NCBI GenBank assembly: GCA_038496445.1
Contig: JALMLS010000594.1
Coordinates: 124,001 to 188,000 of the forward strand
Direction of reading: 5' to 3'
Length of the DNA stretch: 64,000 bases
Origin: Trichosphaerium sp. ATCC 40318
Lineage: Eukaryota > Protista > Tubulinea
The notes under the pieces are model-generated. The model was not told the DNA's origin. It saw only the letters and a program-made list of their open reading frames with translations, and did not search any database. A program made the translations under genes and the position numbers. This document shows positions 51,384-64,000 of the stretch, one piece after another. Positions within the stretch are counted from its first letter, which is position 1; the number at the start of each line of letters is the position of its first letter.

Positions 51384-52902
51384 TTAGTTTGTTTTTATTA
51401 CACGTCTAGCTTTATTTACAGTTTTATGAAATGCTTTTCGTTGCTCTCTATCTATTTTATAGTATTGTGGGCTAATACTCAAATCATTATTAACACGTAA
51501 TACAACTCCTATACCATGTAAGTCAGGAGAGACAAATAGATTTGTGAATGATCCAATTTTAAAATGTGAAAAAAAAAACTCAAGTGGGCTATTTGTTGGT
51601 GTCATTCTCGCTTGTCATAAGTTTTTTTCTCGTACCGTTGTTGTCACACCGATCACAATAATCTGATGCACTGAAAATATGATGTATGTTATCATCGTGA
51701 GCTGTGATATATCCTTCAATCATCATCTTATGGGAGCTTATAATACTCTTCAAGTTATTCGTTTTAAGGAAATTCTGTGTAATATCTTGTCCAAATGTTT
51801 TCCCTGTTTCAAACAAGTCAACACTCACTCTGAACTGTGATTTCAAATCAGCTTACCACAATTCGGATTGATAAACCATCCGTCATGGCCTTCATACTCT
51901 GACCAAAGAATATCATACACCAAGCCCTTATAAGGTACCTCCTTAAATCTATCAATTGAAGTTATGTCATTAAGTGTCGTTACTAACGGACTAAGACCGC
52001 TATTAACACAAAAGTACGTATTCCCAACAGTAGCAGCTAAAACAGAAGAAGTGTGAGAATAACTGAATACAAAATTTCTTTAGAATAGTACCAAGAGGGA
52101 GAGCATCAAATGCAAAATTAACTACATGCCAAATATGTTGATTGTAATATTTTATGCATTCATCAGTAAAACCAAACACATGAGCCATAGTTCGTGTATC
52201 ATGACGACCTCGTAGTAAATGTATTCTATTAGGATACAAAATCTTTAAAGCGAATAATAGTGCTACAACACGGATAGAACAGAAACCTCTAACAATTAAA
52301 AAAAATTAGTTGAAGAAAAAGAAGAAAAAAAGAGGAAAAACAAACACGTGATTGAACATTTACTTGTTGATATAGTTTCCTAGAAATAGAAAATTTGTAT
52401 CTGATGGCATCCCCTCTATTTTAAAGACCTCAATCAAATCTGCAAAATGACCATGAATACTACCAACAACAGATATAGGAGCATCGATAGTAAGAACATT
52501 TTTTTCTTTTTGTAAAACTTTCGTTGCTTGTGTTGCAATTACTTCCAGCGTTTCTATTGTAATTGGCTTATGAGACATGCAAGCATCTATCATCAAGCTC
52601 GCCAAGGCATTTATATCATATGAGTTGATAAAGGCGAAGCGTGGATCCATCTACAAAGTCATCATCCCAAAACAGCTCTTACAGTCCAGTTTTACAACAC
52701 GTACGTGTGTCGTGTCTGTTTTGACACCCTCAATTGGCTGAAGGCCTGTGTTACGTAATATAAACGTCCAGAAACGCTCATTGCTTATTATTCCACGTAA
52801 ATAGACGCAAGAGGCGTTTAAACAGACGATATCTGCGTATTTTAACGAAGTAGTTATTTTAAACAGCGTCTCTGTTGGTAGACGCAGTAAGTGAGCTGTC
52901 AT
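51384..52902 (-). CDS. F-box fused to a PPP-family (PP2A/4/6-like) pseudophosphatase
   Basis: F-box LLRLPTETLFKITTSL...SCVYLRGII.NERFW. PPP fold DAPISVVGSIHGH, FLFLGNYINK, YPNRIHLLRGRHD, FDALPLAA, FSASDYCDRC. Confidence 0.85.
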
Positions 52903-53164
52903 GCTAAAGAAAAGACTGTCTAGGCACAAAAAACAAAAACTAGCTAATCTAAGAAAAGTGACTTAACTGATATGCCAACACGTTTATGAGTGCCAGCGAA
53001 CGATATTATAGCTTCAAAACTGTCAGTTGGCTCAATAGCAGCCAACAACAATTCTGGGACAGTAAATACCTTCTCCGTTTGTGATTTGTCCACGTGCTAT
53101 TGAAATGGTTTGACAAATTTTGTCAAAAACTGTTTCTTGCTTTACAGATTCGCTTTCACAAAAC

Positions 53165-56100
53165 ATGAATTACATCGTATTATTACTTGTGACCACGTGT
53201 CTGTTCTGGCTAACAACAGTACACAACCTACAACCAAGAATTAACTAAAATAGGCTGTAGGCAACTGAAGACGTTGGTTTTCTCGACATTACTTTGTCTC
53301 CTTACAACGCAGACCCTTCAGGCGCTAGTGATTCTACAATACCAATCCAAAAAGCTGTAGAGGTACAAGACAGCTCTAATATAATCATAAACTATTTCTA
53401 ATGACATGTAGTACGCTAGAGTCAACAGCTTGGTTGTTTTCTTTCCTAAAGGTAAAGCACAGTGAACACGTGATTATTCTTGCGTTCGTTTTGAACATTT
53501 CATGCGAAGTTTCGTTAACCTCAATCTAACATATCGCTAAGGTCAATATGTTATAACCGATACGATAAATTGCACCAGCGGTTACATGCCAGCAAACCCC
53601 TTGAACCCGCGGTTAGTATTGCAGTACACGTGATTATTCTTAACTCATGTCCCTTTGTAGTTCATACCCAAACGCTTTAGTTGGACAAGTACCAGCTTCT
53701 GGTAATGTTGAGGATAGACCGACACTAATAGTCAAACAATCAACACCTGGTTTTACTGATGCAGATCTTCCTAAATATGTTGTTCATTTCTGGACATACG
53801 GTACGTGCCTTTTCAATAACTTTATCTAAATGCGGGTAAAAAGGAAAGACAAAAAATGTAGAACCTAACGTAAACTTCAATCAAATATTCCAGGGCATCA
53901 ATATCAAGTATGTACATTGCTACACGTGCGAACCGTATCGTTAACTTATGCATAGAGTTGAGAAAGGAAACTATGGCGCTATTGGTATTAGACATAGGTA
54001 CACAGTACTATCAATTGACATGTTATAAATCGTGTATTTTAGAGCAGCACAAGGATCAAGTATTCAAGACGTTTTTATTGAATTAGAAGATGGCACTGCA
54101 GGCGTACAGGTAAATTCTTGTTTCACACTTATTTGAATGACTTACCACAATTTTAAAAGGGCGCTGCTGGAAGTGGTGGAAGCCATATTGGTATCACTGT
54201 ACATGGAGGTAGATTTGGTCTTGATTTGAGAGAAGCTCAGCCAGCACCAACAGTACCAATCTAATCGAAAATTTTCTTGTGTTTTGAAGTCGTTTTCGTA
54301 TTCTCATTTTCGAATCTACAACTTGTTTTCTAAGTTTCCGTTTTCTCATTATCGTGTTGTAGATAACAGGAATGACACTTATAAATCAATCATGTTCAGC
54401 AATATTATACGAAGGTAAGTTGTAAGGTGTTTTGTGGGTGACTGAAACTCTAGTTAGGTTTGCAAACGCTTACGGCAGTTGGTATAAACATACAAGCAAG
54501 TGAAACCAAATATTGAATACGTACTTAATCTGACTTCTAGGTTGGAACTCATGAATCTACTGAACCAGCAATACGAATAACCACTGACGATACAATGCCT
54601 ACAAACCCTAAATGCAAAGTACCCTTTACAAAAAGCAACCCACAAGTACTAAAACTACTTTGATTCGTTTCAAATCTAATAATTTAGACATCACCACCGG
54701 CCTTATCAGGACAAGTTAGTCTTGTAGACTCTTCTATAGAATACATTCAATATGATAAATCATCTATTGGGATCATTACTGCACGTGACATATACTTACA
54801 AAACGTGTACTTTAAGGTATTATTGTCAGCTTTTGTTGTATGTTTTCCTTACACTTATGTTTAGAATTGTGGTCAGTTAGTTTCTATTCCTACTCTCAAA
54901 TATGTTGTCAACTCTGAGTACCCTGATTCATGGACAACGTGAGTAATAGTGATTTATACCTGTTAATATCACTAACTATCGAAAAGGATCAACGAGTATG
55001 CAAAAGGAGTAAAGCCTCCTGTATATTATTCGAAAGAGAAACCGTACTAAAACTATAATATGATAGCGCTGACAGACCGCAAGGTTCCAATATGAGTCTC
55101 CAACGTATATTAATGGCAAACGCACATTTGACGAGATTAGAGATATTACGTATAAAACCGACCCACCTTCGGATTTACAAGTACTGTGTTCAATACAATA
55201 TGACAGTACTAAAACTAAATTTTAGGAACAACATTTATGGAAGTTTACTACTTTTCCTTCTTTTCAAAGTAGTGATGCTGTAAACGTCAAACTTGCTCCA
55301 TACAACGCCAAAGGGTAATGTTTAATATCTCTTTAACATTGAATTATTAACACAAGAGAATAAGAGATGGACTCACAGATGACACCAAAGCAATACAAGA
55401 TGCTCTTGATCAAAATCCAAACGGAATTGTATTTCTACCCAAAGGTACTCCCTTCCTATCAAATTGTTTGTTATTGACAAACAAAAGGTTACTATCGCGT
55501 TTCTAAAACGCTTAAAATGGCACCAGGACAAAGCCTTGTTGGCATAGGTAAAAAAGCAATAAGATAGTTCACAGTTTTCTCATTTATTTCTTACTATATG
55601 TTTATTTTAAGCTCGTCATCTTACATTCATTGCTCCTGTAACAGATGGCCTTGGTGGAAACCCTGTTGTTGAAACAAGTGATTCTCACAATATCATAGCT
55701 TTCTTGTCAGTCAAGGTTTGTAATACGTTTTGTATGTCCCGCTAAGCTGTGGTTAGGCGTATTGGCATTTGAAAACAGATTATGCAATTCGTTGGTTGGC
55801 AAAGAGGCACAATTCTTTTTCTCTCATTTTCTCTTCTCTTACACGTGATTATTAGCGATCAAGCTATTTATAGACAGGTGCATACAGATCGAGCTAAAGA
55901 GTGTTGGGAACTGGTTTATCTATTAAAAATCAAAGTACCTTGTAAGAATGCAACGAATATTACTGTACCTTTGAATATCGTTTCTGGTAAGAACACCGTT
56001 TTATTTTTGTTTTACATAGATCTAATGCCAATGATTGTAGGCAGTGGTGGTCGTTTTTACAACTTTTTTCAGGAGAACTGGCAATATCAGGTAAATCCAT

Positions 56101-56919
56101 ATCACGTGATAATCACGTGTATTTTATTTTTGACACCACTTTCGATAGGACCCAGGAGCTCGTCATTTAAAGATAGTAAATGCATCAAACATAAGGTGAG
56201 TGTTATCAAGTTTAAAAAACATCAAATAGCTGATACAGTTGCCTCCAAACAGATGTTATCAATGCAACACTGAACATGGAAGAGGAGATGCCAATTTCGA
56301 AATATCAAACTCACACCATATTGATATTTACAGCATCAAAAGCGAAGGCAATTTCCCGGTAAGTGTCCAAAGAAGCTAGCATAAGGCACTTCTATTTATC
56401 TTCATGTTTAGGTACTTTGGGTAAGAGACAGCAACTTTATCAGTGTTTACGGGTATGGCGGAATAGCTTCGCCTTTACCTAATAATACTCACTACCCTCC
56501 CGGATACTCATTGATAACACCAACTTTATTTCGCATGGAGAATGTAAGACGACAAAAACCACGTACTTCTATTGTTTTAATATGTTTATTTCAGACACCA
56601 AACTACATGTTGGCAAATCTATGGGACTATGGACATGTTCAAGGTGGCAATTGGTTCGATTTTTTTGGAATAGGTATTGTTACTGTTTGTTATTTTAAGT
56701 GCCAGTACTTACATGCTTAGGTGTAAATCCGAAACTATGGAACTTTGCAGTGGACATTAGAAATAACAATGCAATTGTATGTCCTTTTTGAAACTAGTCC
56801 CCAAGTGCTGTACTGATCGAAACTTTTAGGTGCCAACTTGTCCATCGCCCAACAAAGGAGAGCTATTTACTTGTGTCCTCGATAGACCTATTATCATGAA
56901 ACATAGTAGTACTGTCTAA
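53165..56919 (+). CDS. Secreted beta-helix glycoside hydrolase (Pectate_lyase_3 / GH55-like), copy A
   Basis: Signal peptide. Two PYNAxxxGxxDxTxxIQxA...VFxPKGxY modules. GIRHRAAQGSSIQD, GAAGSGGSH. About 25 short introns. Confidence 0.78.
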
Positions 56920-57380
56920 GCAAAGAGAAACAAAGCTCAGTGTTTTCGTTTATATGCTCATATTTGTGCAATGTAAACGTGACGAAATAAAACTGTTGCA
57001 GCTCAAAGTATCTTTTTTGTTTACCAATTACTTCAAGCCACGAGAATGTTATTTGTACTATACTTTGCAACCTTAACCGTTGAAGCAATAGGCCGCCGCT
57101 GTCGGACATGTGATTGGCGCTGCATGCAGCGAAAATATTGTTTAAATACCACCCAATTATTTATTGAATGCCGTGTTTCACAAGTTTCAGACAAGCTTAC
57201 TTTGTACAAAAGGTTGTGAGAGTCACTTAAACACTACTTTCCTACAATAAAGTGATGAGGTCAAGGAGTGACCACTTCAAATGGAGTTCAACAATAAAAC
57301 TAGCGAGCGAAAGAAGAAATCTAACTTTATTGCAGTTACACAAAGTAACTCTATTACACTGGGCACACTCAAGAGCAAAT

Positions 57381-59689
57381 CTACTTTGGTGGCGTTTCAA
57401 ATACCCATTGTTGATTCTGATTATCTGATCTGGAAGACCACAAATACACGTTCCTAAATTAAAACGAATAAACAAGATGAAACAATATTGAAAAGGACAT
57501 ACTGGTTGTTTGATCCTCCACCATTACCATCAATAGAGTAAGCAACATTACGTTTTTTTAATCTATATGTACTTCCAGATACATGAGACTTCTCCCAATG
57601 TTGATTAACATTATCTTGGTTACACCTGTGGAGCTTCACATTCCTGAAAAAAAAAAGTTAGAAAAGATGTGATATTAAGTACTTATTGAAGAATATGTAC
57701 GCACTGTCCATTGCTACCACCAGTTTTACCATCAAGGCAATAGTTTGTATAACGCTTACGGTAGATATAATATCCGTTGCTGTGTTGTGTTTCGACCCAA
57801 TGTTGATTTTCATTTTTTTTGTTGTAGTTGTAAAGGTACACATTGTTGTCGTTGGCGTTAGGCTGCTTTTGAGTTGTCAAAGCATACCCCAGTGAATTTT
57901 TCTTTCGAAGGATATATAGCTTTTCATCATTAATAGAGCTAAGGCAATCAATACTTCCAAGTTTTGTACATCCACTGGCTTGACTTTTCCTCGAAAACTT
58001 TAACCATTTGTTCAAGCTACACAAATATCGTGAGCGCTGTGACATTTAGACGATAGCCAATAATACGTACTTCTCATCTGGCATGCTATCCCTCATTATA
58101 CCTGCGTTGTCAGGGTCATGGTTCATATTTATAAGGTGTCCAATTTCGTGTGCAGTGAGGATGGTACGTTTACGAGTATCACCCATTTCTTTCACTTCGG
58201 CTTGAAAATTTGATCCACAAACACCACCTACCCATGCGCTTCCTAATAAGGTTCCAGCACTACAGTCATGATATAACACAGCTATTGGTGGTCGGGGATT
58301 CGAATAGTAACTGGTCGCCCAAGTATCAAAATCACTATGGACATCATTTCTTCTCATACACTGCCAACCGGCAGCTAAAAAAAAGTGGTTAGGTAATTAG
58401 TATTGTGTTGAGTAGTTTGTACAGTAGTCATCCCGATCCTTCATTATAAGCATCTCTGATACAACAAGTTCCACGTTCTTGTTTCGTTAGTACAACAGTT
58501 TACTTGTTTCAAAGGAAATACTTACCAGTTCTAGGTTATATATTGCGTTCACGTTGTGAATGTCTAAACAAGACTGGTTAGCAAAGCAAATAATATTAAC
58601 TTCAAAAACTATCCCAGTTCATACTGTTGGTGACATAATTTACTGAATCGTCAACTCCTCGGTTATCATACATACTCTCATCAACAACCACTACCTATCG
58701 ACTGTGTTAGTACCACAAAACACCAATACAATTCGTGTACCATACGGAGAACTTCTAAGGATGAAGGACAACCTGTAGGTGGAGGATCTAATGGTAGTGT
58801 ATCTCCCATAGGGTACACTCTTAAACAAAAAAAAAGTTAGTCTTTCCTGTGACAAAGAGAGAAACTACAAACCTTCTTGAACGTTTTGAACGAGTACGTT
58901 TACGTCTCTCTGACTTAATCATGTCATTACAAACTCCGCAGCCAAGTGATTCTTCGTGTTGTAGAATATTGCGCCTTTTAGAGCAATGAGATTTCGGACA
59001 ATGTACGGAAATGGAACAACGGACAAAAGGCTTCTTACCTTAGAATCACGTGTGTGCCGGACCCAAGTTTTTCCACATGGTGTGGTGCCATGAAATCTAT
59101 GTGCCTACGAAAAAGAAGTTGTCAGTCAACAGCTTCAAATAGGAAAAAACTTACTTTTTCGCTGGCTCAATTACAAGCATCTCATCATTTACGAACAGAA
59201 TACCTTCTATCGTGCCATCTTTATGAGCCATAAACCGGAAGCGATAGCTATCGTTGATAGACTTGAAGGTTGTTGATGGAATAGGAAGGTACTTTGAACT
59301 GTTTCCTGAGCTTAAGATAATCTGCAATGTCAGGTTAGAATAAACCAATACAAAACAAAATCACCCACCCTTGAATCGAACGTGAACGGCGACGCTTTGA
59401 TACATTCAACAGTCAGCGAACCATTTTGTTTGTGTACTGTTAGTACATGAACTCCTTCAGCGCTACGTTTCGGAGACAGTGATAAATCAACTACAAACAA
59501 AACAATCAGCTTTCGGTGGTTTTGACGAGACAACTTAAATCATACCCGACGTAACAACTTCAAAGTCCTCTACGTTATCCCAGTACTGCTTGTCATGGCA
59601 TAAAACAGCGGTAGCCAAAAATACTAATTGAGGTAAGTCTCATGATTCGTTACCATAGAGGCAGTACCAACTACACAAAGCTTCCACAT
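57381..59689 (-). CDS. Secreted reprolysin (M12B)-type metalloprotease with C-terminal ricin-B lectin domain
   Basis: Signal MWKLCVVVFLATAVLC, prodomain with GCGV Cys switch, LGSAWVGGVC, zinc motif HEIGHLINMNHD, Met-turn GIM, three NQ(H/Q)W ricin repeats. Confidence 0.85.
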
Positions 59690-60433
59690 TGTTGTCGTGC
59701 TGTTTGTGTTTAGAATGTTTTGGTAAATCTCACTTATTGAGTTAAGTTACTTTTAGTGGTTTGGGACAAACCACGTATTTTCTCGCTTTTGTTCTATGAA
59801 ACGTACTTTTAGATGGTTGGATGCGGTTAACTAGGAGACGGATATTCTCGGACAAACTGCTTATTTTAACAAGCTAATTATCTGAAAAATAACCTGCCAG
59901 TCGTCAGGGTTGTTTTAATCACGTGCACATTTTGGACGTGTTGTTGTTTTATAGCGTGTAATACTAAACTATGGCTATAATATCACCACATGGCAATGGA
60001 ACGCGAAGCCCACAATGAGTTGTGATATGCTAAGCGAGAATATGTGGTGTCTCGCTCTCATCCAGTGAAGGTCTATCGCGCCATACAATTTGTTGTGTGT
60101 TTATATGACGGTATAGTTTCGTCACGGTTGAATCTTTAGCGACACAACTCAATGGTTTAAAAACTACAACAAAACTCCTTAGCTTAGAAAACTTCATGTA
60201 GAATTGAAATCTTTTATGGCTTGCTTACAACTGCTAATAGTAACTTTGCGTAGCAAGAAAAGCTGTAGAAAAAAACCTGGTACTAATACGTTGTTATTTT
60301 CGAGAAAGCCTAGAAGCTACCTCTCTCCCACACACATGTCAAGCGGAGACAGTTCATGACTGTATTGTATAAATCACTCACAAACATAACAAAAACGTAT
60401 TAACTACGTCTGCCAAGCTTTTATTGTGTTGGT

Positions 60434-63400
60434 TTAGTAGACCGTGCTACTATACTTCATGATAATAGGTCTATCGAGGACACAAGTAAATAGCTCTCCT
60501 TTGTGGGGTGATGGGCAAGCGGGTACCTAAAAAAGTTGATTAGCACTTGGGGACTAGCTTCAAAAAGCACATACAATTGCATTGTTATTTTTAATGTCCG
60601 CTACAAAGTTCCATAGTTTCGGATTTACACCTAAGAACCTTTGTTATTGTTCACCAGTTATAACTCAAAAAAGTACCTTCTCCATAAAAATTAAACCAAC
60701 TACCACCTTGAACATGTCCATAGTCCCATAGATTTGCCAACATGTAGTTTGGTGTCTGAAATAAACATATTAAAACAATTGAAGTATGTGGTTTTTGTCG
60801 TCTTACATTCTCCATGCGAAATAAAGTTGGTGTTATCAACGAGTATCCGGGAGGGTAGTGCGTATTGTTAGGTAAAGCTGCAGCATTTCCACCATACCCG
60901 TAGACACTGATAAAATCGCTGTCTCTTACCCAAAGTACCTAAACATGAAGATAAATAGAAGTGCTTTTGCTAGCTTCTTCGGAAACTTACCGGGAAATTG
61001 CCTTCGCTTTTGATGCTGTAAATATCAATATGGTGTGAGTTTGATATTTCGAAATTGGCATCTCCTCTTCCATGTTCAGTATTGCATTGATAACATCTGT
61101 TTGGAGGCAACTGTATCAGCTCTTTGATGTTTGTTAAACTTGATAACACTCACCTTATGTTTGATGCATTTACTATCTTTAAATGACGAGCTCCTGGATC
61201 CTGTCCAAGAGTGAGTACAAAAAATAAAATACACGTGATTATCACGTGATATGGATTTACCTGATATTGCCAATTCTCTTGAAAAAAGTTGTAAAAACGA
61301 CCACCACTGCCTACAATCATTGGCATTAGATCTATGTAAAACAAAAACAAAACGATGTTCTTACCAGAAACGATATTCAAAGGTACAGTAATATTCGTTG
61401 CATTCTTACAAGGTACTTTGATTTTTAACAGCTTTATCAATTCCTCACACTCTGAAGCTCGATCTGTTTCAGACTGTCTATAAATAGACTGATCGCTAAC
61501 AATCACGTGTAAGAGAAGAGAAAATGAGAGAAAAAAGAATTGTGCCTCTTTGCCAACCAATGAATTGCATAATCTGTTTTCAAATGCCAATACGTCTACA
61601 CAGCTTAGCGGAACATACAAAACATATTATAAACCTTGACTGACAAGAAAGCTATGATATTGTGAGAATCACTTGTTTCAACAACAGGGTTTCCACCAAG
61701 GCCATCTGTTACAGGAGCAATGAATGTAAGATGACGAGCTTAAAATAAACAAATAGTAAGAAATAAATGAGAAAACTGTGAACTATCTTCTTGCTTTTAC
61801 CTATGCCAACAAGGCTTTGTCCTGGTGCCATTTTAAGCGTTTTAGAAACGCGATAGTAACCTTTTGTTTGTCAATAACAAATGATTTGATAGGAAAGGGG
61901 TACCTTTGGGTAGAAATACAATTCCGTTTGGATTTTGATCAAGAGCATCTTGTATTGCTTTGGTGTCATCTGTGAGTCCATCTCTTATTCTCTTGTGTTA
62001 ATAATTCAAGGTTAAAGAGATATTAAATATTACCCTTTGGCGTTGTATGGAGCAAGTTTGACGTTTACAGCATCACTACTTTGAAAAGAAGGAAAAGTAG
62101 CAAACTTCCATAAATGTTGTTCCTAAAATTTAGTTTTAGTGCTGTCATATTGTATTGAACACAGTACTTGTAAATCCGAAGGTGGGTCGGTTTTATACGT
62201 AATATCTCTAATCTCGTCAAATGTGCGTTTGCCATTAATATACGTTGGGGACTCATATTGGAACCTTGTACTTCAGTCAGTCTTTTAAAAAAAATTAGGC
62301 TTACTTTTTGTTTTCTCTTGCTACGTATATTGGAGGCTTGACTCCTTTTGCATACTCGTTGATCCTTTTTGATAGTTAGTAATATTAACAGCTATAATCA
62401 CTATTACTCACGTTGTCCATGAATCAGGGTACTCAGAGTTGACAACATATTTGAGAGTAGGAATAGAAACTAACTGACCACAATTCTAAACATAAGTGTA
62501 AGGAAAACGTACAACAAAAGCTGACAATACCTTAAAGTACACGTTTTTTAAGTATATGTCACGTGCAGTAATGATCCCAATAGATGATTTATCATATTGA
62601 ATGTATTCTATAGAAGAGTCTACAAGACTAACTTGTCCTGATAAGGCTGGTGGTGATGTCTAAATTGTAATTTTAGATTTGAAACGAATCAAAGTAGTTT
62701 TAGTACTTGTGGATTGCTTTTCGTGTAAGGTACTTTGCATTTAGGGTTTGTAGGCATTGTATCGTCAGTGGTTATTCGTATTGCTGGTTCAGTAGGTTCA
62801 TGAGTTCCAACCTAAAGTCAGATTAAGTACGTTTATTCAATATTTGTTTCACGTGCTTGTATGTTTATACCAACTGCCGTAAGCGTTTGCAAACCTAACT
62901 AGAGTTTCAGTCACCTACACAAGCACCTCACAGCTTACCTTCATATAATATTGCTGAACATGATTGATTTATAAGTGTCATTCCTGTTATCTACAACAAA
63001 CATGAGAAAACGAACTCATACTAAGAAAATTTTCGATTAGATTGGTACTGTTGGTGCTGGCTGAGCTTCTCTCAAATCAAGACCAAATCTACCTCCATGT
63101 ACAGTGATACCAATATGGCTTCCACCACTTCCAGCAGCGCCCTTTTAAAACTGTGGTAAGTCATTAAAATAAGTGTGAACTAAGAATTTACCTGTACGCC
63201 TGCAGTGCCATCTTCTAATTCAATAAAAACGTCTTGAATACTTGATCCTTGTGCTGCTCTAAAATACACGATTTATAACACGTTAATTGATGGTACTGTG
63301 TACCTATGTCTAATGCCAATAGCGCCATAGTTTCCTTTCTCAACTCTATGCATAAGTTAATGATACGGTTTACACGTGTAGCAATGTACATACTTGATAT

Positions 63401-64000
63401 TGATGCCCTGGAATATTTGATTGAAGTTTACGCTAGGTCGTATATTTGTTGCATTCCTTTCTGTTGCAAAATCAACTAAAGTGCCTCTACAACGTGTTTA
63501 AAGGCACATACCGTAAGTCCAGAAGTGAACAACATATTTTGGAAGAGCTGCATCAGTAAAGCCAGGTGTTGATTGTTTGACTATTAGTGTCGGTCTATCC
63601 TCAACATTACCAGATGTTGGTACTTGTCCAACTAAAGCGTTTGGGTATGAACTTCACTAGGTAGTTAGTTTAGAAAAATCACGTGTAGTGCTAACCGAGG
63701 GTTCAAATGCACATCACCGCTCATACAACTTATCGTATCGGTTATAACATATTGACCTACAGGGCAGTAAACAGTTTGATTGCGGTTTTCTATTTCAAAA
63801 AAAAAACAGCAAATGAGCACGTGTTGTTGTTTACCTTTAGGAAAGAAAACAACCAAGCTGTTTGCTCTAGCGTACTACATGTCATTAGAAATAGTTTATG
63901 ATTATATTAGAGCTGTCTTGTACCTCTACAGCTTTTTGGATTGGTATTGTAGAATCACTAGCGCCTGAAGGGTCTGCGTTGTAAGGAGACAAAGTAATGT
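60434..64000 (-). CDS. Secreted beta-helix glycoside hydrolase, copy B (5' end beyond the window)
   Basis: Inverted near-identical paralog of 53165-56919 with the same exon and intron structure. Confidence 0.8.

Larger units (their letters stand above)
53285..64000. repeat. Large inverted duplication (~53285-56920 vs ~60435-64000) with a ~3.5-kb spacer
   Basis: Exons and introns match in reverse complement throughout, e.g. ORFs 55092/62065, 55782/61150 and 56511/60651. Confidence 0.95.

Noticed and set aside
1850-52902. Endogenous giant-virus insertion
   Set aside because: No NCLDV core genes (capsid, packaging ATPase, PolB) are present, and the repeat genes are interleaved with intron-rich host genes.

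Overview
This is AT-rich, intron-dense eukaryotic DNA from a protist, possibly an amoeba; the taxon cannot be determined from the window. Conserved genes: DCAF12-like WD40, ASPM/Asp, a short TopBP1-like BRCT gene and primase small subunit PRIM1. Between them lies an accessory gene set with seven F-box genes or pseudogenes: two F-box-MORN, three F-box-LRR, a T4-Rnl1-type RNA ligase with a C-terminal F-box, and an F-box fused to a catalytically dead PPP phosphatase. Also present are a spliced GIY-YIG nuclease, a CCCH-TPR gene head-to-head with the RNA ligase, a bacterial-type GH57/GH119-like amylase, and an inverted pair of beta-helix glycanase genes flanking a reprolysin-ricin metalloprotease. 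In the first 12.5 kb three consecutive genes are each split by a different DNA transposon (3-bp, 9-bp and 2-bp TSDs), and removing each element restores the reading frame. The third element holds a nested, apparently intact, four-intron piggyBac whose flanks are TTAT/ATAG rather than TTAA. The palindrome CACGTG looks roughly ten-fold enriched by hand count. All gene models were spliced by eye, so exon boundaries are best estimates.
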